Below are positions 41,163 through 51,442 of a DNA stretch of 64,000 nucleotides, piece by piece. The stretch spans positions 868,001 through 932,000 of the forward strand of contig NZ_BAABFP010000002.1 of assembly GCF_039541115.1 (NCBI RefSeq), given 5' to 3'. The notes beneath the pieces were generated by a model. That model was not told where the DNA came from. It was given only the letters and a program-made list of their open reading frames with translations, and did no database searches. This stretch comes from Angustibacter luteus. GTDB lineage: Bacteria > Actinomycetota > Actinomycetes > Actinomycetales > Angustibacteraceae. The position numbers were made by a program, and so were the translations under genes. Every line of letters begins with the position of its first letter. Position 1 is the first letter of the stretch.

Positions 41163-41845
41163 GACAGGACGGTCTTGCGCGGACCACCCTCGTGCACGTC
41201 GGGCCGGCGCAGGTACCGCGGGGTCAGGTCACTCAGGTCGGCGCCCTTGTCCAGCAGCTGCACGGCGAGGTGCGCCAGCGCGGCGGCGGACGGGTCGATC
41301 GGGCCGATCGACAGGCCCAGGTGGTCCGGGTAGAGGTCGGCGCCCCGACCGACGACCGGCCGGCCGCCCACCGGCACGTCGGCCGGCCGGCTCACCGCAG
41401 GGCCGTGAACCCGTTGCGGCACAGCGCCGACCGATCCGTCGGGCCGCTGCTCGTAGGCCGCCCAGTAGACCTCGCGCCGGCGGGCGTCGGTGGCCACCAG
41501 GAAGTCTCCCTCGGGGACGACGGCGTCCTCCTGGACAGCCCGCAGGGCCAACGCGTCCAGGGTGCACAGCCCGTGCGCACGGATCCCCAGTGCCGAGGCC
41601 ATGGAGATCGCCGTGACCAGCCCGACCCGCAGGCCCGTGAACGGCCCCGGCCCGGTGCCGACCGCGATGTCCGTGAGGTCGCCCGGCCGCACCCCCGCGT
41701 CGCCGAGCACCTGCTCGATCCCCGGCGCGAGCAGCTCCCCGTGCCGGCGGGCGTCCACCGCGAGTGACTGCGCGACGACCTCGTCGCCGTCGTGCAGCGC
41801 GACGGTGACCGCTGGGGTGGCGGTGTCGAACGCCAGCAGCAGCAT
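41159..41845 (-). CDS. tsaB: t6A biosynthesis protein TsaB
   Basis: LLAFDTAT, HGELLAP, GPGPFTGLRVG, DARRREVY, P.YLRRPD. Confidence 0.96.
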   Translation of the reverse strand: MLLLAFDTATPAVTVALHDGDEVVAQSLAVDARRHGELLAPGIEQVLGDAGVRPGDLTDIAVGTGPGPFTGLRVGLVTAISMASALGIRAHGLCTLDALALRAVQEDAVVPEGDFLVATDARRREVYWAAYEQRPDGSVGAVPQRVHGPAVSRPADVPVGGRPVVGRGADLYPDHLGLSIGPIDPSAAALAHLAVQLLDKGADLSDLTPRYLRRPDVHEGGPRKTVLS

Positions 41846-41847
41846 GC

Positions 41848-42408
41848 TCAGGACCCCAGCTCGACGTCGGCCCAGCGTGGCCCGATGCCGGTGATCCGGA
41901 CCTGGCGCGGCTCGTCGTGGTCGGCGCCGTCGTCCCGGTCGTCGTCGGGGTCGCCGTCCTCACCCGGTCCGGGCCGGTCGTCGTCCCCGTGCGGTCGCTC
42001 GATCGCGACGTGCAGCCGGTCGGTCGCCAGGTCGTCCACCAGCCCGTCGCCCCACTCGACGACCGTGACGCTCTCGTCGAGGGAGGCGTCCAGGTCGAGG
42101 TCGTCCACCTCGGCGATCGTGCCCAGCCGGTAGGCGTCCACGTGCACCAGGGGCGCACCACCGGTCTGGCTCGGGTGCACCCGTGCGATGACGAAGGTCG
42201 GCGAGGTCACCGGGCCGCGGACGCCGAGGCCGTCGCCGATGCCCTGGGTGAACGTCGTCTTGCCCGCGCCCAGGTCACCGGTCAGCACCACCAGGTCGCC
42301 CGGGCCCAGCACGGTCGCCAGCCTTCGGCCGAGCCCGTGCATGTCGTCCCGGGTGGCGACCGTGAGCGCGGCGAGCTCGGTGGTGGTGGTCTCGGCCTGC
42401 TCGCTCAC
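41848..42408 (-). CDS. tsaE: t6A biosynthesis ATPase TsaE
   Basis: LTGDLGAGKTTF, VTSPTFVIAR, HVDAYRL, VVEWG. Start GTG 42408 (TAACAT 7 nt upstream) or ATG 42417. Confidence 0.95.
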   Translation of the reverse strand: MSEQAETTTTELAALTVATRDDMHGLGRRLATVLGPGDLVVLTGDLGAGKTTFTQGIGDGLGVRGPVTSPTFVIARVHPSQTGGAPLVHVDAYRLGTIAEVDDLDLDASLDESVTVVEWGDGLVDDLATDRLHVAIERPHGDDDRPGPGEDGDPDDDRDDGADHDEPRQVRITGIGPRWADVELGS

Positions 42409-42425
42409 GGCCGCCATGTTACGGC

Positions 42426-43517
42426 TCAGCCGTGCGGATGGTGCAGCTGCTCCTGCACGAGGTCCGCGAGTGCCCGTTGCCCCTGCGCGTTGGGGTGGAA
42501 GCTGCCCGGGTTGACGGGCGTGTATCCGTTGGCCTGCACCGAGAGGTCGTTGAACCAGGGATCGGAGCTGCCCAACCCGTGGCCCTCGAACGCCTCGCGC
42601 GGGTCGACGAACTCGACGCCCACGCCGGCCTCGCGGGCGGCGTCGGCGAGCATCGTGTCGAGCTGGTCGGCCTTCTCGTTCATCCACACCTGGCTGTCCG
42701 CGAACAGCAGGTCCCGGAAGTTGTCCGAGGGGTCGGCGGGGAACAGCCGCGGGTAGCCGACGACGACGATGCGCGCGTTCGGGGCCTTCTCGTGGATGCG
42801 CCGGTAGGTCGCGATGAGCCGGGCCTTGGTGTCCACGAGCCCTTGCTGGAACGTCGCCTCGTTCTTGCCCTGGCAGGTGGATCCGTCGAGCACGCAGTCG
42901 GCGAGGATGTCGGCGAAGCCCAGGTCGTTGCCGCCGATGGAGAACGTCACCAGGCTGGTGTCGTCGTCCAGGCCGTCCTCCTGTGCCTGCTCGCCGCTCT
43001 GTCCCGAGTTCGGGTCGGTGAACTCGTGGATCTCCGCACCGGAGCACGCGACGAAGCTGGACCCTCCGGCGAAGTCGTTCTCGGCGGCCACGATCGAGCC
43101 GTAGGCGTTCGCCGAGCGGTGACACCCGTTGTGGTACTGCGGTTCCCGGTCACCGGGCCACCAGAGGTGGCTGTCCATCCAGTCGGCGAAGTCGCGGTCG
43201 TCGCGGTCGGTCGGCTCGTCGTAGTCACCGGCCCCCTCGCCGGACGAGAAGCTGTCGCCCATCGCCACGTAGTGCCCGGAGGTGGCCTGCTCGTAGGGGG
43301 TCCTGGAGGGATCCGCGGTGCCCGTGGCGCAGTCCACCTGGCTGAACACCTGGCAGAAGGCGTTGGACGTCGCCGCCGCCGCCCGCGCCGCGATCGGGGT
43401 GAACCCGAGCCCGGCGACGACCAGGCAGATCGCGACGACGAGCCCGGCGTACTCGATGGTGCTGGCCCCGGCGTCACCGAGCCTGCGCCGGGTGGCCCAC
43501 CCCCGGGTGCCCCTCAT
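42426..43517 (-). CDS. SGNH/GDSL hydrolase (secreted lipase/phospholipase type) with Flp/TadE prepilin-like N-terminus
   Basis: G|ASTIEYAGLVVAICLVV N-terminus; GDSFSSG, ACSGA, SIGGND, GYP, SFHPN SGNH blocks. Confidence 0.88.
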   Translation of the reverse strand: MRGTRGWATRRRLGDAGASTIEYAGLVVAICLVVAGLGFTPIAARAAAATSNAFCQVFSQVDCATGTADPSRTPYEQATSGHYVAMGDSFSSGEGAGDYDEPTDRDDRDFADWMDSHLWWPGDREPQYHNGCHRSANAYGSIVAAENDFAGGSSFVACSGAEIHEFTDPNSGQSGEQAQEDGLDDDTSLVTFSIGGNDLGFADILADCVLDGSTCQGKNEATFQQGLVDTKARLIATYRRIHEKAPNARIVVVGYPRLFPADPSDNFRDLLFADSQVWMNEKADQLDTMLADAAREAGVGVEFVDPREAFEGHGLGSSDPWFNDLSVQANGYTPVNPGSFHPNAQGQRALADLVQEQLHHPHG

Positions 43518-43523
43518 CACGGG

Positions 43524-44186
43524 TCAGCCGTGCAGCAGGTCGGCGGCGGCGGTGGCGGCCTGCGTGGCGGTCGCGGCGTCCGGCGCCTGCTTCAGCGCGT
43601 AGGACGTGACCAGCGCGACGGTGCGGCCGCTGCGGATGAGCACCACGTCGGTGGTGATCGGAAGCTGGGTGTCCGGGGCCTGCCGCCAGGCGACGGACTC
43701 GTCACCGAGCTGCGGCACGTCGAGCGGCTGCACGGCGACCCGGACCGCCGCGGAGCTGCCCGAGGCCGGCAGGTCGTAGCTGCCGCAGGTCTTGAGCGCC
43801 TCACGCAGGTCGGCCAGGACGTCGGTCGCGGAGTCGTCGTCGTACACCCGGACCCGCTGCTCGACGAACGGGCCGAGGGGGCCCTGGGAGAACCGGGCGC
43901 TGGCGGTCTGCACCGGCTTGGTCGGCTCGAGGTCGACCCCGCAGACCTGTTGGCGGTAGGTCGATGCCTGCCCGGCGCTGGCGGCGAACCCGGCCGGCAG
44001 GTCGTCGGCGCCGACCAGCAGGGCGTTCGCGGACCGGGCGGTGCTGCCTGGGGTGCCTGGGCTGCCGGCGTCCGACGTCCGGGCCCCGCATCCGCCGAGC
44101 AGCAGGGCCACCAGCCCGACCAGGACCCCGACGGCGATCGCGGCGACCAGGGAGATCAGCTTGGACGTGCTGGGCTGGGCGAACAT
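43524..44186 (-). CDS. Putative lipoprotein (PknH-sensor-like fold)
   Basis: Hydrophobic leader ending LLLGGC lipobox; LLVGADDLPAGF, two further Cys, LGDESVAW, VLIRSG; GAGGAG SD. Confidence 0.78.
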   Translation of the reverse strand: MFAQPSTSKLISLVAAIAVGVLVGLVALLLGGCGARTSDAGSPGTPGSTARSANALLVGADDLPAGFAASAGQASTYRQQVCGVDLEPTKPVQTASARFSQGPLGPFVEQRVRVYDDDSATDVLADLREALKTCGSYDLPASGSSAAVRVAVQPLDVPQLGDESVAWRQAPDTQLPITTDVVLIRSGRTVALVTSYALKQAPDAATATQAATAAADLLHG

Positions 44187-44324
44187 GGTGGGCTCCTCAC
44201 CGACGGTGAGACCGAGCCAACACCCGCGAGCCGTTCCGGCAGTGGGCCTGCGGGTTCAACCCGAGACCTCAGTCGGGCCCACCCCTGGACCCACTCCGGG
44301 CCCACCCCAGGACCCACCCCGACC

Positions 44325-44389
44325 CCGCACCATTCGCGCTACCCATGGCCATGCGGCCCCGAAAACCACGTCAAGCGCGAATGGTGCGG
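44325..44389. repeat. REP-like palindrome, family B copy 2, flanked by C-rich and G-rich short tandem repeats
   Basis: CCGCACCATTCGCGCT / AGCGCGAATGGTGCGG perfect 16-bp stem; shares CCCGAAAAnCACGTCAAGCGCGAATGGTGCG with 14502-14532. Confidence 0.8.
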
Positions 44390-44434
44390 AGGGTGGGTGC
44401 CGGGGGGGTGGGTGCCGGGGGGTGGGGGTGCGGG

Positions 44435-45565
44435 TCAGGCCCGGCGGGGACGGCGCAACCGACGTCCGCGGCGTCCGCGCCCGACGGCCCGGTCGGCGCG
44501 CTCGAGCAGGTCGCCGAGGTGCAGGTTGACGACGTCCGGGTGCTCGAGCATGACCATGTGCCCGGCGTCCGGGACCAGCACGTGCTCGGCGCCAGGCAGC
44601 CGGCGGACGATGGCGTCGCTGTGCTCGACGGGCGTCAGCAGGTCCTCCTCGCCGGACAGCACGAGCGCCTCGATGCCGTCGAGGGCCGCGAGCGCCTCGG
44701 CCTTGTCGTGCAGGTCGAAGCCGGGCAGGAAGCCGGACACCACGTCGATCGGGGTCGCCGCGATCATGGCTGCGGTGAACCGGACCAGCTCGGGCGGCAC
44801 GGGCGAGGCGTAGGAGTAGCGCTTGACGACGAACTGCTCGAGGTCGCTGCCGATGCGCCGGGTGCGGTCGACCAGCCTGGGCGTCCGGGTGAGTCCGACC
44901 AGGGCGACGGGAGCCACCTTGTGCGCGACCTTGCTCACCGAGCCGGTCAGCCCCCAGCTGACGTCGGCCAGGCCGCCGGAGCTGGTGGCGACCAGGGCCA
45001 CCCCGACGATCCGCTCGCGGATCAGGTCCGGCTGCTCGCCAGCCAGCGCCATCACCGTCATGCCGCCCATGGAGTGGCCGACGAGCACCAGCGGGCCGGT
45101 CGGCGCCACGGCGTCGATGACGGCGCGCAGGTCCGCGCCGCACTGGTCGACGGTGTAGTGCCCGCTCGGTCCGGTCCCGGAACGTCCGTGGCCGCGCTGG
45201 TCCCAGAACACCATCCGGTAGCGGCCGCGCAGCCACTGCCGCTGGAAGTGCCAGATGTCCTGGTTGAGGCAGAAGCCGTGGCTGAACACCACGGTCACCT
45301 CGGACGCCGGAGCGTCCGACCCGGCATCGCCCGATGGCAGGGCGCCGTCCACGTCGAGCTCGTCGACCTCCACGTGCAGCTGGGTGCCGTCGTCCGCAGT
45401 GACCCGGGTGGGACTGCCGCGCAGCGAGCCGTACGCCTCGCCCTCGCCGGTGCCGGCCACCCGCCCGGCGGTCCAGCGCTCGGCGGCGAGGCCGAGGGCA
45501 GCGCCGACACCGGCCGCGGCCAGCCCGGCGCCGATCCCGAGGACGGCCTTCGACGGCGACCTCAC
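44435..45565 (-). CDS. Alpha/beta fold hydrolase
   Basis: FSHGFCL, WDQRGHGRS, VGHSMGGM, D.LTP, AGHMVMLEHP; conserved position between alr and tsaE. Confidence 0.92.
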   Translation of the reverse strand: MRSPSKAVLGIGAGLAAAGVGAALGLAAERWTAGRVAGTGEGEAYGSLRGSPTRVTADDGTQLHVEVDELDVDGALPSGDAGSDAPASEVTVVFSHGFCLNQDIWHFQRQWLRGRYRMVFWDQRGHGRSGTGPSGHYTVDQCGADLRAVIDAVAPTGPLVLVGHSMGGMTVMALAGEQPDLIRERIVGVALVATSSGGLADVSWGLTGSVSKVAHKVAPVALVGLTRTPRLVDRTRRIGSDLEQFVVKRYSYASPVPPELVRFTAAMIAATPIDVVSGFLPGFDLHDKAEALAALDGIEALVLSGEEDLLTPVEHSDAIVRRLPGAEHVLVPDAGHMVMLEHPDVVNLHLGDLLERADRAVGRGRRGRRLRRPRRA

Positions 45566-46725
45566 ACCGCACCGCCGACGTAGGTCCGCGGCACTCGCGA
45601 GCCGATCCTGGTGACGATCTCGTAGCAGATGGTGTCGATCGCCTCGGCCCAGTCCTGGGCGGTCGGCTCCCCGTCGCAGCCCGCCCCGAAGACGACGACC
45701 GGGTCCCCGGCGGCCAGCTCCGCGACGTCCGGACGGTCATCGAGGTCGACGACGACCTGGTCCATGCTGACCCGGCCGGCGATGACGTGCCGACGTCCGG
45801 CGACCTGCAGCGGTCCGACGTTCCCGGCGGCCCGTGGGATGCCGTCGCCGTAGCCGAGCGGCACCAGGGCGAGGGTGGTGTCCCGCTCCGTGACGTAGGT
45901 GTGGCCGTAGGCGACGCCAGAGCCGGCCGGGACCCGCTTGACCAGTGACAACCGGGCTCGCAGGGTCATCGCCGGCCGCAGGCCGAAGTCGGCGGGCGGG
46001 CCCACGTCGGGCACCGGTGAGAGCCCGTACACGGCGAGCCCGGGTCGGACCAGGTCGTAGTGCAGGTCGGGGCGGGTCAGCGCCGCCGCCGAGTTCGCCA
46101 GGTGCCGCACCTGCGGGCGGGCGCCGCGGTCGTGCGCGACGGCGAGCGCCGCCTCGAACGCAGCGGCCTGCCGGTCGGTCGTGGGGTGCCGGGGGTCGTC
46201 CGCCCAGGCCAGGTGGGACCAGATCCCCACCAGGTCGAGCACGCCCTCGGCCTGCAGCCGCAGTGCGTGGTCCACCAGCTCGGTCCACTCGTCGGCGGTG
46301 GCGCCGCCGCGGGACAGGCCGGTGTCGATCTTCAGGTGCACCCGGGCGGTCCGACCGGTGCTGCGGGCGGCTGCAGCGATCTCGTCGAGGGCCCAGGGCG
46401 CGTTCGCGCTCAGGTCGATGTCGGCGGCCACCGCGGCGGTGAAGTCGTCACCGGGCACGTGCAGCCAGGACAGCAGGCGGCCGGTGTCGCCGGACGCACG
46501 CAGTCTCAGCCCCTCGGCGAGCTGGGCGACCCCGAGCCAGGTCGCGCCGCCCGCCCGAGCCGCCTGGGCGGACGGCACGAGGCCGTGCCCGTAGGCGTCC
46601 GCCTTGACCACGGCCATCACCTCGGCGGACGGCGCCAGCGCCCGCAGCGACGCGACGTTGCCCCGGATGGCAGCCAGGTCGATCTCGGCCTCGGCCGGCA
46701 GGACCGGGCGGTTCGCGTCACTCAC
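45562..46725 (-). CDS. alr: Alanine racemase
   Basis: AVVKADAYGHG (PLP Lys), HLKIDTGLSR, HLANSAA, LVRPGLAVYG, GYGDG, GRVSMDQ, TICYEIVT. Confidence 0.98.
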   Translation of the reverse strand: MSDANRPVLPAEAEIDLAAIRGNVASLRALAPSAEVMAVVKADAYGHGLVPSAQAARAGGATWLGVAQLAEGLRLRASGDTGRLLSWLHVPGDDFTAAVAADIDLSANAPWALDEIAAAARSTGRTARVHLKIDTGLSRGGATADEWTELVDHALRLQAEGVLDLVGIWSHLAWADDPRHPTTDRQAAAFEAALAVAHDRGARPQVRHLANSAAALTRPDLHYDLVRPGLAVYGLSPVPDVGPPADFGLRPAMTLRARLSLVKRVPAGSGVAYGHTYVTERDTTLALVPLGYGDGIPRAAGNVGPLQVAGRRHVIAGRVSMDQVVVDLDDRPDVAELAAGDPVVVFGAGCDGEPTAQDWAEAIDTICYEIVTRIGSRVPRTYVGGAV

Positions 46726-48221
46726 GTCGGCCAGTCTCTCAGGGCGGCCACGGCGCCCGGCACCGCGTCGAGCAGCCGTCCGGCGTCCAGCGGGCCGCCG
46801 GCGCTGGCCAGGGCCCCCGCCCGGCCGTGCACGGCCGCTGCCACGGCACCGGCCAGCAACGGGTCCAGCCCGGCGGCCAGCAGCGTCCCGGCCACGCCGG
46901 CGAGCACGTCCCCGGAGCCCGCGGTGGCCAGCCAGGCAGGCCCGTCGCGCTGGGTGAGCACGGGGCCGCCCCCTGCTGGGCTGCCGCCGGGTGGGACGAC
47001 GACCGTCGTCGCACCCTTCAGCAGCACGGTGGCGCCGGTCAGCCGCGCGGCAGCGCGGGCGTGCTCGAGCGGGCGGGCCTCGACGTCGGCCCGCTCGGTG
47101 GGCTCGCCGAGCCGGGTCAGGAGTCGGGCCAGCTCGCCGGCGTGCGGGGTGAGCAGGGTGGGCGCGTCCCGGCGCGGCGGGAGCAGGTCGAGCGCACCGG
47201 CGTCGACCAGGCACGGCAGGTCCGTGCCCAGGGCGTCGCGCACCCGGTCGGCCTGACCGTCGCCGGCGTCGGGGTCGAGGCCCGGACCGAGCACCCAGGC
47301 CTGCACCCGTCCGTCGCCGGGCACCACCTCGGGCCAGCGGGCGCGGACCAGCGCGGTGGGCTCGTCCGGGCCGACGTAGCGGACCATCCCGGCGCCGCTG
47401 CGCACGGCCGCGCCGGTGCACAGCACCGCGGCGCCGGTGTAGCCGCGGCCGCCGGCCACCACGCCGAGCACGCCGCGCCGGTACTTGTCGTCGCCCGCGT
47501 GCGGCCACGGCCAGGCGGCGGCCAGGTCGGCGACGTCCAGGCTGGCGACCTCGGTCGCGGTCAGGTCCGCCGGGTCCAACCCGATGTCGACCAGCTCGAC
47601 CCGGCCGGCGTGCTGCCCGGCGGGCGGTAGCAGCAGGGCGGCCTTGAGCACGCCGAACGTGACGGTGACGTCGGCGCGGACGGCACCCGACCCGACCGCA
47701 CCGGTATCCGGGTCGACCCCGCTGGGCAGGTCGACGGCGACGACGCAGGCGTCCGGTGCGGCCAGGTCCAGCAGGGCCGCGGTGGCGTCGTCCAGGCCCG
47801 GACGGCCACCGATGCCGAGGATCCCGTCGACGACCACGTCGGCCCGCCCGAGCAGGTCCCCGAACCCTGCCTCGAGCCCGCCGTCGGGCACGTCGGCCAC
47901 CCGGTGCACCCGACCACCGGCGGCCCGGAACCCGGCCAGCCCCTCCTCGTGCACGGCGCCGGCCACCAGCACGGCGTCCACCCGCGCCCCGCGGCCGCGG
48001 AGCCGGGCGCCCGCCCACAACGCGTCACCCCCGTTGGCACCGGCCCCGACGAGCAGCACCACGCGGGCGCCGTACACCCCGCCGCGGGCCGCGGAGAGCT
48101 CGCCGACGACGACCGCGGCCAGCCCGGCGGCGGCGCGCTGCATCAGCGTCCCCTCGGGGAGCAGGGACATCGCCGCCCTTTCGGCGCGGCGGACGGCCTC
48201 GACGCTGACGGCGGATCTCAC
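46722..48221 (-). CDS. nnr: Bifunctional NAD(P)H-hydrate epimerase/dehydratase
   Basis: LMQRAA, GAGANGGD, VDLPSGVD, DKYRRGV, YTGAAVL, VDAGAL, TPHAGE, LKG, LATAGSGDVLAG. Confidence 0.95.
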   Translation of the reverse strand: MRSAVSVEAVRRAERAAMSLLPEGTLMQRAAAGLAAVVVGELSAARGGVYGARVVLLVGAGANGGDALWAGARLRGRGARVDAVLVAGAVHEEGLAGFRAAGGRVHRVADVPDGGLEAGFGDLLGRADVVVDGILGIGGRPGLDDATAALLDLAAPDACVVAVDLPSGVDPDTGAVGSGAVRADVTVTFGVLKAALLLPPAGQHAGRVELVDIGLDPADLTATEVASLDVADLAAAWPWPHAGDDKYRRGVLGVVAGGRGYTGAAVLCTGAAVRSGAGMVRYVGPDEPTALVRARWPEVVPGDGRVQAWVLGPGLDPDAGDGQADRVRDALGTDLPCLVDAGALDLLPPRRDAPTLLTPHAGELARLLTRLGEPTERADVEARPLEHARAAARLTGATVLLKGATTVVVPPGGSPAGGGPVLTQRDGPAWLATAGSGDVLAGVAGTLLAAGLDPLLAGAVAAAVHGRAGALASAGGPLDAGRLLDAVPGAVAALRDWPT

Positions 48222-48239
48222 GGCCCCATCCTGGGGGGC

Positions 48240-48593
48240 TCAGGCCGACTCTGCCACCACGACCGCGCTGGCGATCCCCGCGTCGTGGGACAGCGACAGG
48301 TGCAGGTGGACGACGCCCAGCTCGTCGGCGCGGGCCGCCACGGTGCCGCTGACCTGCAGCTCCGGGCGTCCGGTCGGGTGCGAGCGGACCGTGGCGTCCA
48401 GCCAGTGCAGGCCGGCTGGGGCCCCGAGGGCCTTGGCGAGCGCCTCCTTGGCGGCGAACCGGGCGGCCAGCGAGGCGAGCGGCAGCCGTCGCTCGGACTC
48501 GGTGAACAGCCGGTCCACCAGCTTCGGTGTGCGCTCGATGGTCGCGCCGAACCTGGCGACGTCCACGACGTCGATGCCGACCCCGACGATCAC
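48240..48593 (-). CDS. acpS: Holo-[acyl-carrier-protein] synthase
   Basis: [32 protein letters not shown]. Confidence 0.96.
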   Translation of the reverse strand: MIVGVGIDVVDVARFGATIERTPKLVDRLFTESERRLPLASLAARFAAKEALAKALGAPAGLHWLDATVRSHPTGRPELQVSGTVAARADELGVVHLHLSLSHDAGIASAVVVAESA

Positions 48594-48602
48594 GGCGGGC
48601 CG

Positions 48603-50459
48603 CTACTCGACCGTGACGGACTTGGCCAGGTTGCGCGGCTGGTCGACGTCCAGGCCCTTGGCCATGGCCAGCTCGCAGGCGAAGACCTGCAGCGGCACGG
48701 TCGTCACCAGCGGGGCGAGCAGGGTCGGAGTACGCGGCACCCGGATGATCGTGTCCGCGTAGGGGACGACGTCGTCGTCCCCCTCCTCGGCGATCACGAT
48801 GGTGCGCGCGCCGCGGGCCCGGATCTCCTGGATGTTGGACACCACCTTGCCGTGCACCGAGTCGCGCCCGCGGGGCGAGGGGACGACGACGAAGACCGGC
48901 AGGCCCTCCTCGATCAGCGCGATCGGTCCGTGCTTCAGCTCCCCCGCCGCGAAGCCCTCGGCGTGGATGTAGGCGAGCTCCTTGAGCTTCAGCGCACCCT
49001 CGAGCGCCACCGGGAAGCCGACGTGGCGGCCCAGGAACAGCACGACCTTGGCGCTGGCCATCTCGCGGCCGAGGGCCCGGACCGGCTCGATGCCGTCGAG
49101 CACCTGCTGGATCTGGTCCGGCACCTCGGCGAGCAGGCGGAGCAGCTCGCGCACCTCGTCCTCGTACTTGTTGCCGCGCAGCTGGGCCAGGTAGAGGCCG
49201 AGCAGGTAGCAGGCAGTGATCTGCGCCAGGAACGCCTTCGTGGACGCGACGGCGATCTCGGGCCCGGCGTGCGTGTAGATCACCGCGTCGGACTCGCGCG
49301 GGATGGTCGAGCCGTGGGTGTTGCAGATCGCCACCACCTTGGCGCCCTGCTCCCGGGCGTGCCGGACGGCCATCAACGTGTCCATCGTCTCGCCGGACTG
49401 CGAGATCGCGACGACCAGCGTCTTCTCGTTGACGACCGGGTCGCGGTAGCGGAACTCGCTGGCCAGCTCGACCTCGGTCGGCACCCGGCACCAGTGCTCG
49501 ATGGCGTACTTGGCGACCTGCCCGGCGTACGAGGCGGTGCCGCAGGCGATGACCACGATCTTGTCGACCGAGCGCAGCACGGCCTCGTCGATCCGCAGCT
49601 CGTCCAGCACGAGGTGGCCGTTGGCGTCCGTGCGTCCGAGCAGGGTGTCGGCGACGGCGCGGGGCTGCTCCTCGATCTCCTTCATCATGAAGTTCGGGTA
49701 GCCACCCTTCTCGGCGGCCGAGGCGTCCCAGTCCACGTGGTACTCGGTGGTCTGCGCCGGTGCCCCGTCGAAGCCGATCACGTCGACGGAGTCCGCAGTG
49801 ATCGTGACGACCTGGTCCTGGCCGAGCTCGATCGCCTCGCGGGTGTACTCGATGAACGCCGCGACGTCGGACCCGAGGAAGTTCGCGCCGTCCCCGCGAC
49901 CGACCACCAGCGGGGAGTTGCGGCGGGCGCCGACCACCATGCCGGGCGCGTCAGCGTGGACGGCGAGCAGCGTGAAGGCGCCCTGGAGGCGGTTGCAGAC
50001 CGTCCGCATGGCCTCGGTCAGGTCGCCGAGCTCGGTGAACGCGCGACCGACCAGGTGCGCCGCGACCTCCGTGTCCGTCTCGGACGTGAACTCCACGCCG
50101 TCCGAGGCGAGCTCGGCCTTGAGCGTGGCGAAGTTCTCGATGATCCCGTTGTGCACGAGCGCGAGGCGACCATCGGCGCTCAGGTGCGGGTGCGCGTTGG
50201 CGTCGGTGGGTCCCCCGTGGGTGGCCCAGCGGGTGTGCCCGATGCCGGTCACCCCGGACGGCAGCGGCTCGTCGGTGAGGGCCTTCTCGAGGTTGGCGAG
50301 CTTGCCGGCGCGCTTGTCGACGCTCAGCGTGCCGCCGGCCTCGATGACGATGCCTGCGGAGTCGTACCCGCGGTACTCCATCCGACGCAGACCTTCGAGG
50401 ACGACGTCCAGCGCATCGGTTCCGTCTAGGGGGCCGGTGTACCCGACGATTCCACACAT
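48603..50459 (-). CDS. glmS: Glutamine--fructose-6-phosphate aminotransferase
   Basis: [55 protein letters not shown]. Confidence 0.99.
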   Translation of the reverse strand: MCGIVGYTGPLDGTDALDVVLEGLRRMEYRGYDSAGIVIEAGGTLSVDKRAGKLANLEKALTDEPLPSGVTGIGHTRWATHGGPTDANAHPHLSADGRLALVHNGIIENFATLKAELASDGVEFTSETDTEVAAHLVGRAFTELGDLTEAMRTVCNRLQGAFTLLAVHADAPGMVVGARRNSPLVVGRGDGANFLGSDVAAFIEYTREAIELGQDQVVTITADSVDVIGFDGAPAQTTEYHVDWDASAAEKGGYPNFMMKEIEEQPRAVADTLLGRTDANGHLVLDELRIDEAVLRSVDKIVVIACGTASYAGQVAKYAIEHWCRVPTEVELASEFRYRDPVVNEKTLVVAISQSGETMDTLMAVRHAREQGAKVVAICNTHGSTIPRESDAVIYTHAGPEIAVASTKAFLAQITACYLLGLYLAQLRGNKYEDEVRELLRLLAEVPDQIQQVLDGIEPVRALGREMASAKVVLFLGRHVGFPVALEGALKLKELAYIHAEGFAAGELKHGPIALIEEGLPVFVVVPSPRGRDSVHGKVVSNIQEIRARGARTIVIAEEGDDDVVPYADTIIRVPRTPTLLAPLVTTVPLQVFACELAMAKGLDVDQPRNLAKSVTVE

Positions 50460-50484
50460 GCCCGCAAGGGTAGCCTTGCCCGCC

Positions 50485-51441
50485 GTGGCCACCGGCAACG
50501 GCGCCAGCCTGCCCACCCCGTACGTCGAGCTCGACCGTGCGGCGTGGGCCGAGCTCCGCGCCCAGACCCCGCTGACCCTCAGCGCGCCCGAGCTCGAGCG
50601 GCTGCAGGGTCTGGGCGACCGCGTCGACCTGGCGGAGGTCGAGGAGGTCTACCTGCCGTTGTCCCGCCTGCTCAACCTGTACGTCGGGGCCGCGGCTCAG
50701 CTGCACGGGGTGACCCGCGACTTCCTGGGCGAGCGGCACGACCGGGTGCCCTTCGTGATCGGCGTCGCCGGCTCCGTGGCGGTGGGCAAGTCGACCACCG
50801 CCCGCATCCTGCGCGACCTGCTCGCGGCCTGGCCGGACACCCCGTCCGTCGAGCTGGTCACCACGGATGGCTTCCTGCTGCCGAACGCGGAGCTCGAGCG
50901 GCGGGGGTTGTTGCAGCGCAAGGGGTTCCCGGAGTCCTACGACCGGCGAGCGCTGCTGCGGTTCGTGGCCGGCGTGAAGTCCGGCCGGGCCGAGGTCGCC
51001 GCCCCGGTGTACTCGCACCTGACGTACGACATCGTGCCCGGCGAGCAGGTGGTCGTGCACCGGCCGGACGTGCTGATCGTCGAGGGGCTGAACGTGCTGC
51101 AGCCGCCCCGGCTGGACGCCCAGGGGCGTTCCGGGCTGGCGGTGAGCGACTTCTTCGACTTCTCCGTCTACGTGGACGCCAAGACCGAGGACGTGCGCGA
51201 GTGGTACGTCCAGCGGTTCCTGCGGCTGCGGGCGACCGCGTTCGCGGACCCGTCGTCGTACTTCCACCGGTACGCCGCGCTCAGCGACGACGAGGCCGTG
51301 GCGACCGCCCGCGACATCTGGGCGCGGATCAACGAGCGCAACCTGGTCGAGAACATCCGACCCACCCGCGGTCGGGCCACCCTGGTGCTGACGAAGGGTC
51401 CGGACCACGCCGTGACCCGGATCCGGCTGCGCAAGCCCTGA
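50485..51441 (+). CDS. coaA: Type I pantothenate kinase
   Basis: [57 protein letters not shown]. Confidence 0.97.
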   Translation: MATGNGASLPTPYVELDRAAWAELRAQTPLTLSAPELERLQGLGDRVDLAEVEEVYLPLSRLLNLYVGAAAQLHGVTRDFLGERHDRVPFVIGVAGSVAVGKSTTARILRDLLAAWPDTPSVELVTTDGFLLPNAELERRGLLQRKGFPESYDRRALLRFVAGVKSGRAEVAAPVYSHLTYDIVPGEQVVVHRPDVLIVEGLNVLQPPRLDAQGRSGLAVSDFFDFSVYVDAKTEDVREWYVQRFLRLRATAFADPSSYFHRYAALSDDEAVATARDIWARINERNLVENIRPTRGRATLVLTKGPDHAVTRIRLRKP

Positions 51442-51442
51442 G

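Noticed and set aside
50460..50484. glmS ribozyme
   Set aside because: Only 25 nt separate glmS from divergent coaA, so there is no room.
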